Positions 1-37,534 of a DNA stretch of 64,000 nt are shown piece after piece (positions within the stretch are counted from its first letter, which is position 1; the number at the start of each line of letters is the position of its first letter). The notes beneath the pieces are model-generated. The model saw only the letters and a program-made list of their open reading frames with translations. It made no database searches and was not told the DNA's origin. This DNA comes from Macrostomum lignano (taxonomy: Eukaryota): positions 37,263 through 101,262 of the forward strand of contig NIVC01002288.1 in NCBI GenBank assembly GCA_002269645.1. Reading direction: 5' to 3'. The position numbers were made by a program, and so were the translations under genes.

Positions 1-178
1 ACCATTAAATTTTATTACCAAGAAAGCAAAAAATCAAAAATTTATTATATTACTAGGCAGATATTCAGTTGTTAAATTGCATTGACTAGTTTAACTTCTA
101 AATTATATTTGGTCTAAGATGCCTAAGAGTAAGACTTATAGCTTTTATGTCTAAGTAGCAAAAAAGACACTAAATCCT

Positions 179-435
179 GATATCGGTGTAGGACCAAGAC
201 CGCCACACACGACACACCAAGACCACACTTGGGGAGCTAAGGGAGAAATTTGAATTTATGTATTATTAGATGCTGCTAGAGAGGAGATGAGTAGGTAGGA
301 GAGCCAGCAGCAAGAAAAGAACCTATGAGAGGAATAGCAATGCTAGAAGATTGGTAGCTCCCCCTCAATACCAGTAGCCAGTAATAGCTATGGTGGTCTT
401 GGTATGTGGCGGTCTTAGTCATGCACCCTGATATC
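179..435. mobile_element. Degenerate MITE-like inverted-repeat element (~255 bp)
   Basis: Left arm GATATC-GGTGTAGGACCAAGACCGCCACA..ACCAAGACCAC..GGGGAGCTA is the imperfect reverse complement of right arm TAGCTCCCC..GTGGTCTTGGTATGTGGCGGTCTTAGTCATGCACCCTGATATC; no ORF. Confidence 0.5.
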
Positions 436-983
436 TAGTCTTTTAAAAGACACTTTCAATATATTGAGATTGTCTAGAATAGACAACCTTTTTTCTTTCT
501 CTAAATTATTTAATTTTAATTTTGACTTTTCAGGGAGTATTATCTCCTTTTTAAGATATGTATAACTTCTTTAAAAAATATTCTAGGCTATTAAATAAAA
601 ATTAACAATAAGTAGGGGGCCTAGGCCTATTGTATCAATGCGAATGAGTTTTTATTGTCTACAAGGTACTTTTTGACTCATTTTAGCACATTTATCAAAA
701 GCAAAATGAATACATTCCAAATCTGAAAAAGTAAAAAATAGAATGTTTGCATGACATATCATCCTGGACTGCCAATGTGCCAATGAATAGAACTAACTGG
801 AACAAGAGAGATTGGAGGAGACTACTACTAATGTTCTAACTAGATTAGCATTGGAGTTGTGATCTATGTAGCAGAACATGGTTACTTATAAAATTCAATA
901 AATATTATTTAAAGATAAGCTAGACCTAAAGCTAGAAGGAATTTCATTACCTGACAGGTGAATAACTAGGTCCACCACCACCA

Positions 984-1013
984 AAAGCGTCGCGCTTTCT
1001 TGTAATAGCTAGT
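984..1013 (+). mobile_element. Possible Helitron 3' terminus
   Basis: Hairpin AAAGCG-TCG-CGCTTT (984-998) followed 10 nt later by CTAG|T (1009-1013), matching the known Helitron 3' signature; no 5' end identified. Confidence 0.35.
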
Positions 1014-1202
1014 TGCAATATACTGTGCAACACTTCACTTTGTGCAGTAAGAGTTTTTATTAGCTTTTAATTTTCTTTGAAATCTTTTTTTAAAACAACT
1101 ATTTTTTCCGTCAGTGCTTTTCTTTAGGAAGTTTTGTTATAGCATTTAGCTTGGTTTATATTATAAATTTATTTACGCGCCCGAAAAGTTGCGTAACTGG
1201 TA

Positions 1203-2776
1203 CACCATTTTACCCTCGATTTTGAACAAGGAGAACTTCGCAACTGACAAACTCCTCTTCAATATTGACACTCTATGGTCGGGCACTCAAAATCTACAAT
1301 CAATATTGACAGATCAAGCTTCAATTTTGACAAACTCTGGTTCAATTTTGACAATGCACGTTTAGTCAACTTCTCCTGGGAGAATTCGGTAACAAAGTAA
1401 TCAAATGAAAGCCTGAACGGGGCGAAAGTTATCTGTGCAAAATCAGCTGATTCTGACTTTTGGGATCTACAAGTTTTGATAAAAAATTTTCTCCATCCTT
1501 TTACACACAGAGACTAAAATAGCCTGACTGCATGGTTGGGCCGCAAAGTCCGATTCTATTTTGACAGAGTTGCTTCAAAACTGACACTCTATGGTTTGTG
1601 TACCCGAAAAGTCCGCTTCATTTTTGACAACTCCTAATCAATATTGAACAGTTTACAATCAGTTTTGACTGCTACCTTATTACTTCTGTTCTTGGTTGTG
1701 TTTCAGAAAAAAGCCGTAAACACGTAGCATTGTTAAAGATTCAAAAGAAGTATTGTACTTGTATTTTTAATAACACGCATTTGTTAGATTTCTAGGTTAG
1801 GTTAAGTATCTGGACATGGGCGGCGGGAGCTTGCGGCACCCCCTGCACGATTTCATGTGCCATGGTCCTCCTCCTCTTTATCCCCAACTGATTCACCAGG
1901 TGCACAAAGTCTCTCGGTTCTCATAAGCAGAAATCAGGCGCTGTCGGTCCTGGAAGGACACAGACCGATTTTCGTGGCGGCCATGCTGTTTCTGCTCCTC
2001 TTCAAAAAACCTTAAGTGGCGTCGCTATCAATCCTCCCGACTAAATTGGTGCTTCAGATTAGCGATGAAAAGTGACAAACACGAGCAGAGCGAGAACTGC
2101 TTTCCTGCTCTTTTGAATTCCTCCGTGACAAGATGCGCATTCGTTGGTCTGACCAACCATCTATGATAAAAACTGAAGCGTAGCCACTTAGATTCGAGGT
2201 ACAGGCTGCCTCAAGACATGGACAAAAAACAAACTGCCATAGACAAAAGACTGCCTCGAAATTTTCAAGCTTAAGGGTTCTTAGTTAGAATTGTCAAAAT
2301 CTTAAGCAAAAAGTCAAAACTGATTGTAAACTGTTCAATATTGATTAGGAGTTGTCAAAAATGAAGCGGAGTTTTGGGGTACACAAACCATAGAGTGTCA
2401 GTTTTGAAGCAACTCTGTCAAAATAGAATCGGACTTTGCGGCCCAACCAGTCAGGCTATTTTAGTCTCTGTGTGTAAAAGGATGGAGAAAATTTTTTTAT
2501 CAAAACTTGTAGATCCCAAAAGTCAGAATCAGCTGATTTTGCACAGATAACTTTCGCCCCGTTCAGGCTTTCATTTGATTACTTTGTTACCGAATTCTCC
2601 CAGGAGAAGTTGACTAAACGTGTATTGTCAAAATTGAACCAGAGTTTGTCAAAATTGAAGCTTGATCTGTCAATATTGATTGTAGATTTTGAGTGCCCGA
2701 CCATAGAGTGTCAATATTGAAGAGGAGTTTGTCAGTTTCGAAGTTCTCCTTGTTCAAAATTGAGGGTAAAATGGTG
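1203..2776. mobile_element. Non-autonomous long-TIR DNA transposon, probably IS630-Tc1-mariner superfamily
   Basis: ~465-bp near-identical inverted arms (1203-1670 / 2312-2776) starting CACCATTTTACCCTC; TA on both flanks (1201-2, 2777-8); frameshifted HTH-like transposase remnant on the minus strand at ~1810-1984. Confidence 0.85.
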
Positions 2777-4406
2777 TAGCTTTGAGGCTCTTCATATTGC
2801 TTGTTCTGGTTCTAGAACCAGAACCAATTTGTAAAGTATAACTTTTTGTCTCCTAAACTAGAGGGATATTAGTGCTTTAAAATTGTGATTATTGAATGGC
2901 AATAGCCAAGAAGAAAGTGAAAAATTGTGCAAATTGAGGCTGTTAAGGCAGTCAAACATTCAACAAAGTTAAAAAGTTATACTGCTTTTTTCTTGGAAAT
3001 CCGAACCGATTCTGGTTCTGGAATCGATTGCCGTGAAAAGCCTCTTTCACAAACTTGTAACATCACATAGTATAAAGCTAAAATTGTTGGTCAATTTGAA
3101 TTTGCTCGAAACTTCATATCGTCGAAAAGGCATCCATAGAACTCTTTTAGTTAAGTCGTAAGCCAGTGGAAGTGCCCAACAAGACTCTGACAATGTGAAG
3201 TTCTTGTAAAATTGTCTTACGACCATTAGTAGTTTTGACCTTACGAAGCCCCCACGTATCCATGGGATAAGGATACACCTCTTGAATTTCAAAGGAGTTA
3301 TCAAATTTGGCATTGATTTTTAATAAATCCAAGTTTTTTATTTCAAAAACTTATCACAGATACATGTAGGTAACTCGCAAATGAATGCAACGGAAACTGA
3401 GAATCTCCTTGACCGTTTGACTCTAAATGTAGTTCTGAAATAAAAATTATAGTAATTAAAAACAATTTTATACGAAGTCACTTTCGACAGCACTTTTTAT
3501 GGGCGATACACTTTACTGCTTTGAAATAAAATTATAGCGCACAGGTTCAAGAATCTAAATGTTTGTATGGATTTTATTTAGAGGCAAAAAAGCGCGACAA
3601 CAGGCGACACGGTACAACAAGTGACAAATAATATGAGAATGCGCTGTGCAAGCAAACGGAGTCGCGGAGAAATAAAATCATATCAGTATCGTTTGTTTTG
3701 TTTCTAACGCAAAAACATGTCCAATATTGAAAGCCCGATGGTTAAGACGCTATAAGAGAGTAGAGCAATGCGCAGTCTATGAATGCAAGACAGATGACCA
3801 TCTAGTGCGGCTCATTCAAAATGTGCTTTGAAAAGCAGGAGTGTGCAGTGCAGCCAATCCAAATATAGCGTTAAAAAAGCAAATCAATAAACGGGTGAAC
3901 AGCATCTGAGCGCCACACCAATCTACATGTAGGCCACGCTCCGATGCCGTTGACAGCCGGAACGCATCAACCGAAAACGTACTGAATGGTATTAAACGAC
4001 AATAAACAAAACGGAATAGTCAAGAGCTGCATGCAAATCAGTACTAAACATGGTGCCATCAATAATGGTCAGGAATAAAATCCAAAGTGCATGCCTCTGT
4101 GTAAAATTAATCAAACTATATGTCACCAATAACAGCCGCGATTGGTAGTCCTTGATATAAGCGCAGATGTTTATATAGGAATTTAGGCGGTGCAAACAAA
4201 ATGAAACCGAAAAAATGCTGCGTTCCTACTTTCTAATAGTAGTAGTATGTATGTATGTAGTAGCAGTATATAAAAATAGCAGAGGACAGAAGAAATGACA
4301 ATTAACGATAATTAGACATACAGAGAAACTAGAATTGAAGTTGCAGAAAAGAAAATAATGCTAGGAATAAAGTTAATAATTCAAGTATGGCAAAGTTATT
4401 TAAACG

Positions 4407-11778
<7,372 letters not shown>

Positions 11779-12039
11779 TTCTTAATGTCCTTTTTTTGAA
11801 TTGGAATTGTTATTAAAACAATTTATTTAACTGGCAGCCCAACAATGGGCATGCGAGGCCTCTATTTAGTTGTCACGGACAGGCTGCGACTGGTCTCCCG
11901 CAGGTTGGGCCGGGCGATCTGCTTTGCCGATGATGGCAGGCATGAAAAAATCAAATTGGCGCGTTGGTGGCATCCCCTGCTGACACTGACTACTGACACA
12001 CTATCGAAAGGTAATTGGCAATAAGCTCTGGACAATACT

Positions 12040-13950
12040 GACACATTATGGACATCTCACTACTGACACATTTTATACATCTCACTACTGACACATTTTA
12101 TACATGTCACTACTGACACATTTTATACATGTCACTACTGACACATTTTATACATCTCACTACTGACACATTTTATACATGTCACTACTGACACATTTTA
12201 TACATGTCACTACTGACACATTTTATACATGTCACTACTGACACATTTTATACATCTCACTACTGACACATTTTATACATGTCACTACTGACACATTTTA
12301 TACATCTCACTACTGACACATTTTATACATCTCACTACTGACACATTTTATACATCTCACTACTGACACATTTTATACATGTCACTACTGACACATTTTA
12401 TACATGTCACTACTGACACATTTTATACATGTCACTACTGACACATTTTATACATCTCACTACTGACACATTTTATACATCTCACTACTGACACATTTTA
12501 TACATCTCACTACTGACACATTTTATACATCTCACTACTGACACATTTTATACATGTCACTACTGACACATTTTATACATCTCACTACTGACACATTTTA
12601 TACATGTCACTACTGACACATTTTATACATCTCACTACTGACACATTTTATACATCTCACTACTGACACATTTTATACATCTCACTACGGACACATTTTA
12701 TACATCTCACTACTGACACATTTTATACATCTCACTACGGACACATTTTATACATCTCACTACTGACACATTTTATACATCTCACTACGGACACATTTTA
12801 TACATGTCACTACTGACACATTTTACATCTAGCCGCTGACCCATTTTAAACATTTAACAACTGACACATTTTACACATCTTACTACTGACACATTTGACA
12901 CACCCAACTACTGAAGTTGCACTTTTATACATCTGACTGCTGACAAATTATAAACATCCAAATGCTGACACATTTTAAGCATCCAGCTGCTGACAAATTT
13001 TATACATCCAAATGCTGACACATTTTAAGCATCCAGCTGCTGACACATTTTATACATCCAAATGCTGACACATTTTAAGCATCCAACTGCTGACACATTT
13101 TATACATCCAAATGCTGACACATTTTATACATCCAACTGCTGACACATTTTATACATCCAACTGCTGACACATTTTATACATCCAACTGCTGACACATTT
13201 TATACATCCAACTGCTGACACATTTTATACATCCAAATGCTGACACATTTGAAGCATCCAACTGCTGACACATTTTATACATCCAACTGCTGACACATTT
13301 GAAGCATCCAACTGCTGACACATTTTAAGCATCCAACTGCTGACACATTTTAAGCATCCAAATGCTGACACATTTGAAGCATCCAACTGCTGACACATTT
13401 TATACATCCAAATGCTGACACATTTGAAGCATCCAACTGCTGACACATTTTATACATCCAAATGCTGACACATTTGAAGCATCCAACTGCTGACACATTT
13501 TATACATCCAACTGCTGACACATTTGAAGCATCCAACTGCTGACACATTTTAAGCATCCAACTGCTGACACATTTTAAGCATCCAACTGCTGACACATTT
13601 TAAGCATCCAACTGCTGACACATTTTAAGCATCCAACTGCTCACACATTTTAAGCATCCAACTGCTGACACATTTTATACATCTCACTACTGACACACTT
13701 TAGACATCTCACTACTGACACATTTTAGATATCTCACTACTCACTACTGACACACTTTATACATCTCACTACTGACACATTTCAGACATCTCACTACTGA
13801 CACATTTAACATCTAGCCGCTGACCCATTTTAAACAGTCAACTACTGCCACATTTTAAACATTTACCAGCTGACACATTTTACACATCTTACTGCTGACA
13901 CATTTTATGCATCCAACTGCTGACACATTTTATACATCTTATTACTGACA
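12040..13950. repeat. Compound 25-bp minisatellite (unit A TACTGACACATTTTATACATSTCAC; unit B TGCTGACACATTTTATACATCCAAC)
   Basis: A block ~12050-12830, B block ~12950-13680, short A block ~13680-13800. Confidence 0.97.
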
Positions 13951-14930
13951 TATTGAATAAAATATATCTTGTAAATAAAGGTTTCGGTTGCACTTTAACA
14001 AATTTCCGACACACACCAACGCATAATCCTTTTAAGGAGAATACTGTATAATGAAGTTATACAGATATAACAAACACAGGTTGGAACAGGCCGATCAGAA
14101 TCAAAGCTGTTCAATTGGCTGTGAGAACTGTGTAATTTGAAAATTCAAATCTCCAATAAAAATACTCAAAGCAGCTGTCTGCAATTAATTTCACGGAAAA
14201 AATGATTTCATTCGAAAACTGACTCGGTTTAAACAAAAACAAAACGGCATTAAGAAAACAACAATGATTTGTTTTTCTGCTTGTGTGGAAGCATTTTTGT
14301 GAGCTGAAAATAAGAGGCAGTTAAATATAAAAGAACAATGACAAACAACCGCATGAGTTCGTATGACAGAGATTTATAAATAATAGGCTGATGGCACCAG
14401 GCAGGTATTCTTTCTGACTAGGCACTTCACCAACTTTCTTTTAAAGAAAATTTACATCGAATTTAAAATTCGATCTTTCCCGTTGCTGCTTATTGATTTT
14501 AAAATAAAAATAAAAAGCATGCGCTAAGCTTAATACTTGCGAGTAGAGCGGTGCGAAAGTCAACAAGCGAACATGACAGCATATCCAGTGATCATAGATC
14601 CGAATAGCGGCAAGTTAAAGTAATGGATTAAGCACAGTTTCATTAAGAATAAACCGAGCACACAGAAAGCGTACACACGAATTGCACCGAGTATTACATA
14701 AATAGCTGTTACTGAATACAGTAACCAACATTGATAAAGAAATTCCCAAAGACCGAGGACAAATTAATAAAAACAATCGTTTTCCAAAAGCGAATTCCGT
14801 CTATGCAACGAATGGTTTGCGCTTCGATAGCCCCGCTCTGCTACTATAGTTAGTAGTAGCTTCTAGTGGGCCTTTATCTGGCAATGCTAGGCTTCCAATC
14901 CAAAGGCCTGTCACTGCAGTAGTCCACGGT

Positions 14931-30671
<15,741 letters not shown>

Positions 30672-31729
30672 CTTTAGACGCGGCAGAAGCCAGCAGGCCA
30701 GCTGAATCGGCGCTAAGGGCACAGTCTCAGCTTGGCTGAAATATTCGAATCGAATTCAAATTATACGCCCAGAAAGCTACAAAAAACCAGCGCACTCTCG
30801 ATTGTATCGAAACTGGGCCCAAGCTTTCTAAGATTTAGGTTTGCTATAACCGCACGATAACAAATAGCTTACAAGCCTACTGTACCAACGAAACCCGAGG
30901 TCGCAGAAGTTGCACTCACTCCCTTGACGAACTGTTCCAAAAAATGCAGAATTCTTCAATCTAAAACTTAGCTAACGATCCGCCTCTCCTGTCAGCAGAC
31001 TGGAGTTTTTGATACTGGATAAGACGGAATAAACTGCTGCATTCTTACTTTCAACCTGGCTGTCTGTCTGGCTATTATATCTGCGAGCTCCGCAGCCCAA
31101 CCTGATTGGATGGCCCCACAGATATTCGGCTAAGTCTAATCCTATTCGCTCAAGGCGTGCACTTTCTTTGCCAGTAGCGAGTGCGAGTACCCCCCCCTCC
31201 CCTCCCCCCCCCGACCCGCCCGGCGGAGCTTTCTAGAAATCCCAGTTCGAATGAGGGGCTGGAGAGGAGGCAAATGGTTAGGGAAGCAGAAACGCGGCGG
31301 AAAACAGTGTCAGCTGACCCACCCGGTCCCATCCGCCCAGCCAGCCCGCAGATCTCCCTCCCGCTTCCTACATACCGTTACGGATTAACGAAGGCGAAAT
31401 CGGCGAAACCATGAAAATTCGATACTTAAAAGCCATGCAGGCAGCGCTCAAGTACAGGCGCACTAGCGAGTATCATAATGGCAGAGCTCAAAGACCGAAT
31501 CCTAAGGGAGGAAGCAAAACGGAAGCAAAACGGCAGTTGCTTTTAGGAACAGGAGATTTCATATCCTCTACAAAAGGCTACAGTTATTGCTGTCTCCTAG
31601 GTACTTCTGATTTAGATTAGTGTAAAATCTTCAGTACATGTGTTCGAGAGAACCAGATATGAAATATTTCGAATTTGAGACTACAAGGATATGAACACTT
31701 AGAATCAGATTTCGATGTTTGGGATTACT

Positions 31730-32585
31730 AGGTCGTGAGATTTCAATGATAGAGATTTCGATCATGTGAGATTTTGATGATATGAGATTTCGATCATGTG
31801 AGATTTGAATCATGTGAGATTTCGATGATATTAGATTTCGATCATGTGAGATTTCGATCAGGTGAGATTTCGATCAGGTGAGATTTCGATCATGTGAGAT
31901 TTTGATAATGTGAGATTTCGATCATGTGAGATTTTTATCTTGTCAGATTTCGATCATGTGAGATTTCGATTAGGTGAGATTTCGATCATGTGAGATTTCG
32001 ATCATGTGAGATTTCGATCATGTGAGATTTCGATGATATTAGATTTCGATCATGTGAGATTTTGATGATGTGAGATTTCGATGATATGAGATTTCGATCA
32101 TGTGAGATTTCGATCATTTGCTATTTCGATCATGTGAGATTTCGATCAGGTGAGATTTCGATCATGTGAGATTTCGATCATGTGAGATTTCGATCTTGTC
32201 AGATTTCGATCATGTGAGATTTCGATCATGTGAGATTTTTATCTTGTCAGATTTCGATCATGTGAGATTTCGATCAGGTGAGATTTCGATGATACGAGAC
32301 TTCGATGATATGAGATTTCGATGATATGAGACTTCGATGATATGAGATTTCGATGATATGAGATTTCGATCTTGTCAGATTTCGATCATGTGAGATTTCG
32401 ATCTTGTCAGATTTCGATCATGTGAGATATTGATCATGTGAGATATCGATCATGTGAGATTAGATATCGATCATGTCAGATTTCGATATGGTCAGATTTT
32501 GATCTTGTCAGATTTCGATATTGTCAGATTTCGATCTTGTCAGATTTCGATCATGTGAGATTTCGATCATGTGAGATATCGATCA
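31730..32585. repeat. 16-bp minisatellite GATTTCGATCATGTGA, ~1 kb upstream of the InR ATG
   Basis: Tandem array with variants GATATGA and CTTGTCA. Confidence 0.95.
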
Positions 32586-35500
32586 TATTTTTTCAAAATA
32601 AAAGTACTTTATTCGAAATAACTTTCGAATAATTATACGAAATAATTATACTTTTGCGAAATAACTCATTGCCCGTTATAATATAAAAGCTGACCATAAA
32701 AAGTAGGAAACAAGCAGGTTGTCGGACAGGCAGCTGGGCAATGGATGCAAACCGATAAAGCAGCCATACTTAGGGGTGCAAATACCAAACTGTTAGGGGG
32801 ATGGCGTGGAACCAGGCAGACTAATAGAGATGGAAAACAAGAGCGGGAGGGGAGAGAGAGGTGAGGAACAGAAATTAGGGCAAGCTTTGCTGGATACCGG
32901 GCTTTAAAAAATTGGTTCGACGAACACAGCTCCTGAATTTATCTATATATAAATATACACATACCCAGCCGCATCACTACCTGCATTAGAGTACTCCGGG
33001 GGTCGCGGCTGACCCAGTCATTTAGAAAGTGCAAAATAACAACAGGCACACAAGTTGTTTTCCCGTGAAAAGTACGTTTTCAGCATCAGCGGCAAGCACC
33101 AAAATACCTTCACAGACATTATGATGAAATCAACAATCAAAGAATGTACAAGAGAAAAACACAGTACGTATATGTCACTGTCATCCTGAAAGTATCGATT
33201 GCAACGAATTAAACAATGCCCTATGCTAGATAAAAAAACTAAGCAATTGTAGTCGAGCATAACCTTAATTTTGGGTTAATTTTGACTAACACATATTTGC
33301 TTTTAGCCTACTCTGAGTAGCTTTAGTTTAGGAAATATTTGTAGATAGGCTAGTTAAGGCTAGACTAGGCGAAAATTTGCCAAAATATAGGCCTTGGGAC
33401 TCTTGGCTTGGGACTCTTTCCACCATAGCTATAGATATGGCTTTAAGAAACTATGGATATACAGGTTTTTGACAGAACACATACAGAAGCTTCCTATATC
33501 TAGATTTCATATCTAATACTGGCCACTCAATAACTAAAAGGACCATTGGAGCCTTCGATTTCATGGATGGATAAGGATAGAAATTAATGACTGTTGCCAG
33601 TTTCAAAGCTTTATTGGGGGGGGGGGGCACTAAAGTCCTTAGGGTCAGGGACTGCAACAGAGATTTTTAGCACTATGCAACATTGTGTGATTTAGCTGGT
33701 AGGGGCTAAAGTTAAGATAGATGCAGTCCTTGGTACTGCATGTCTTCTTGCACAAGTAATAAATTATACATACATGTTAATGATAGGTAATAGTAAATAG
33801 TATATACTAAAAAATATATGGAATGCCTTCTTAGGTGAAATATTAACTTTTTGTGCAAATTAAATTCATGCACATTTTCTAGAAAGGTAACTTTTATAAT
33901 TCTTTTTTGTTTAGCAGTAGAACTACCAAGAGGGGGGGAGATGTGCAATGCTGATTGGTGCACATGGGTGCACTAAATACACTAGCGCTTATGGAAAAAT
34001 TCCAAACTTCTGGTAGAAACATCAAATATATTGATGGTCTGGAGGATTGGCAACTTGATTCTTGTTTGAGGTGCGCAACAAAAAGTTAGCCCATGTTCTT
34101 GAATTTTGTCTGCCTGCATTGCTCCATTCTGGTATAGCAAAAAAAATTATCAGGGGAGGGGGATTTTCCCTTTCTTGGTAGTTTTATGGGCAGAAAAATG
34201 GATAGGTACTGCTACTAATAAAATGAACCTTAAAATTTTAATATAAATAGACTGAATCTTGACCAGGAAGAAGTAAACATTTTTCTTCTTTGACTTTTAC
34301 CACCATTGATTTCAGTTAATAAGAAACAGTGTATTCTGAATAAGTACATATAACTTAGTTGATTTTTTAGTAAAGTAGAAGGAATATATACTCTATATAC
34401 TACAAATAAGTAGAATAACAAATTAGAAGGATACAAAGTAGATCTTGAAAAAAATATATAGAATACCAAAGGCTCCAAACATCTAATACCAAATACCTCT
34501 TATACTTCTAACCCCTAACCTCTACCTCAAATATACATCTAATACCAAAACCTATCATCTTAGGAATTCCCAGGACTAAAAGAAATATACATGCAATATA
34601 TACATAACCTAGTAACAATAATATACCACTTAGGCCTATATAAGAATGCTATTAATATAGAATGAGAATGCTATTAGAATAAAGTAAGAAATACTCAGAC
34701 CAATACTTAGATATATACTCGACTTAAATTCTAAGACCTAAGGTAAAAAATTATTATTGTATAATAACCAAGTATTGTATAATATAACATTGGTGACAAC
34801 TGTAAGATCAATTATAGAAGACAGAACAAATACCCCCTATTACAACTTTTTGTAATAGCATTGCAACTATTGCAACTAAAATTTTAAATTAGTAAAACCC
34901 TATGATAGCTTTGGTGGTAGCATTGAGATTACTATAAGAGAGTAGAACCAAGAGACATATTACAAATAGAAGAACTGATGCCATTGGATTTATCATCAAA
35001 AGTTATAAGAAGTTATAATATATTATTTAAGTAGCTATGAATTAGCTATACAATAAGCTACAGAAAAAGGTTTAAAGGTGGCTATGGATATATATATATA
35101 TATATCTAATCATTGAATTTCATTGAATTTCACTGTCTAGCTAATACACAGGGCCAATAATAAAACCAATTGAATCTTGACACAGTCCTATCTATCTGTT
35201 TACACTGTACAAATGCTATGTACACTCAGCCCAAGCCCAACCCCAGTTATAGGGAATAAACATTAAATTTAATTGCACCCCTAACATGCGAGGTTTTATT
35301 TGGATTGAATGCAGAACATATGCACCCACCTCCCCCAATACATAGGACCCACAGGTGGAGATTGGGGTGGTTATTTTAAAAAACAGACTGCCAACCCTCT
35401 ACTAGAAAGATAAAGGGGCCAAAGAAGGTTAAGAAATCAGTTTTCTGCTTTTTTAGGGATCTGATGAAAATACAAAAAATGAAAGATTAAAATAGCCTAA

Positions 35501-36271
35501 AGCCAATTCCAGAAAATTTGCAGTTTTCCCATATAAGTTTTGATGCTGACTTGGCAGTATTATAGGAGTTCACTTGCAACATACATACATATAAACAATG
35601 CAACAGTTTTAGTATTTAGAAATGAAAAAAGAAAAAAGGTGCCTCTTTTCTTCATAGTCTAAAATATATATACATACAAGAATTCCTTGTCCTATATATC
35701 TTGCCCTTTAAATATAGCATATAACTGCCTAAGACTTTAGTTTGAAAACCAGTCTATGTCAAGAAGATAGCAAGTATACACTAAAAGCAAAGGGTTGCAA
35801 AAACACATTTGTGTATCAATTTATACTAGAAAAAAAAATAATGTATTTTATATTTAAAATATTTTAATAGTAATTTATGAATGTATTACATTTTTATTAT
35901 ATCATAACTTTCATGAAAATTAATTGTACATATACCAATTACAATTCATTTCTAGTATGTAAAATTTTTGCCCATTTTGCTAAATATAAAACCATTTATT
36001 TTGCCTTTTTTTAAAAATAACATTTTCTTTTACTATAATCATAAAAATGGGAAGATATATCCTTGTATCCTTTTCCCCCTAGTTAGTTATACTATTGATA
36101 ATTAGCAATCTCATAAGTTTAAATATTGTACAATATGAGAGTTAAAAATTATTCTGAGCATGCTAAATATAAGAACTCTATCCTGGTGGTTGCCATATAC
36201 AGGTATACCTTCAATAATATCCTAGCTAATGCTAGTACCCATTTTATAAATAGGTAAACTGAAGCAATATA

Positions 36272-36976
36272 CCGGGTTCAACAATAGTTTTTAACCTGTG
36301 TATATGTAGGCTTATATCTTATCTCTTTTAGACAATTGAGCCTTAAAAAATTTTGTTGTCAATTACATATATATTGGTCAACATATTTCAGCAGTGAGCA
36401 GCTAAGCTGAGCTCTTTTCATAAAGAAATTCATTAAAGTCCACTTGATTGACAATTTTAATTTCACCAAAATGTCAATTGAAGCAAAGAGACTATGCTGT
36501 TTCATGTAGAAGTTCTTGTCAGGAGAATCATAGAGCTGACTAGTGCATGCTACAAGACAGTCTACAACATAAAGAACAAGTTAGAGGAGAATGATGACCT
36601 TGTTCCATTTTTGGAATAAGACAATGTGGCCATTTAACTCACTAGATGCCAACCCACTTGATTACTCCATCTGGCGGTATATGGAAAGTGAGGCCTGTGC
36701 TGTCTGTCATCACAATATTAATGACACAAAAGCTATTGTCAACAAGGTCTAGGTAAATCTAGATCGAAACTATATCCAAAAAACTATGCCAGTCATTTCC
36801 ACAACCATCATTAAAGCCATCATTGCTGCTAGTAGAGGATATTTTGACTAATTTTATTGCCTATAACATGTTTCAATATCTTGTTAAGTTTTATATAATT
36901 TGCTTGCTCTACTTTTTTCAAGGTGAAAAAAAATTGTACTATATGTGTGATGCATAAAAACTTTTGTTGAAACTGG
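36272..36976 (+). mobile_element. Internally deleted Tc1/mariner (maT/DD37D-like) element, 705 bp
   Basis: Imperfect TIRs CCGGGTTCAACAATAGTTTTT / AAAAACTTTTGTTGAAACTGG, TA on both flanks; 36609-36851 translates FWNKTMWPFNSLDANPLDYSIWRYME..KV*VNL..AIIAASRGYFD*, the C-terminal block of DDxD transposases. Confidence 0.8.
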
Positions 36977-37480
36977 TAAAGTTAAGAAGTATCTTGCTTA
37001 AAGACACAAATTGTTTTAAATAAGTCAAAAATTAAACTTTAATATTGCTTTAATCATTAGGCTTAACTTTTTTATTTTAATCCTAAATTTTAAATAAGCT
37101 TCAATCAAAAACATAAATATTATACCATATTTTTTTACTAAAATAAATTCCTAGAACTAAAAATAAATAGAATTAACATCCCCTATTGCAGCCAAAGTCT
37201 AAACTGTACTAGACATCCCTTTTCTTTATTAAGCCATGCTAGTGTGCCAGACTATGCCCACGATGCTAAAGGCTAGTCTACACTAAATATTGTCCACAAT
37301 ATTGGCAATTAGCTACAATAAGGTTGGTTAATAGTCATATATATACTATTTTATCTGCCTCTTTTTTGTCTACAAAAATACATTTAAATCATTTTGTCAA
37401 AAGTCAAACTTAGAATAGAATAATGATAAGATGACAAACTCACTCATTAATAAAAATGATAAACTAACATAATTGATATT

Positions 37481-37512
<32 letters not shown>

Positions 37513-37534
37513 GACCACTATTTGTCAATCATCT

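Noticed and set aside
2790-3010. Short imperfect inverted repeats (AGTATAACTTTTT; CAGAACC)
   Set aside because: Too degenerate to define ends or a TSD; probably an old MITE relic.
3047-3332. Short minus-strand ORFs that look like a decayed transposase
   Set aside because: No recognisable motif; cannot assign.
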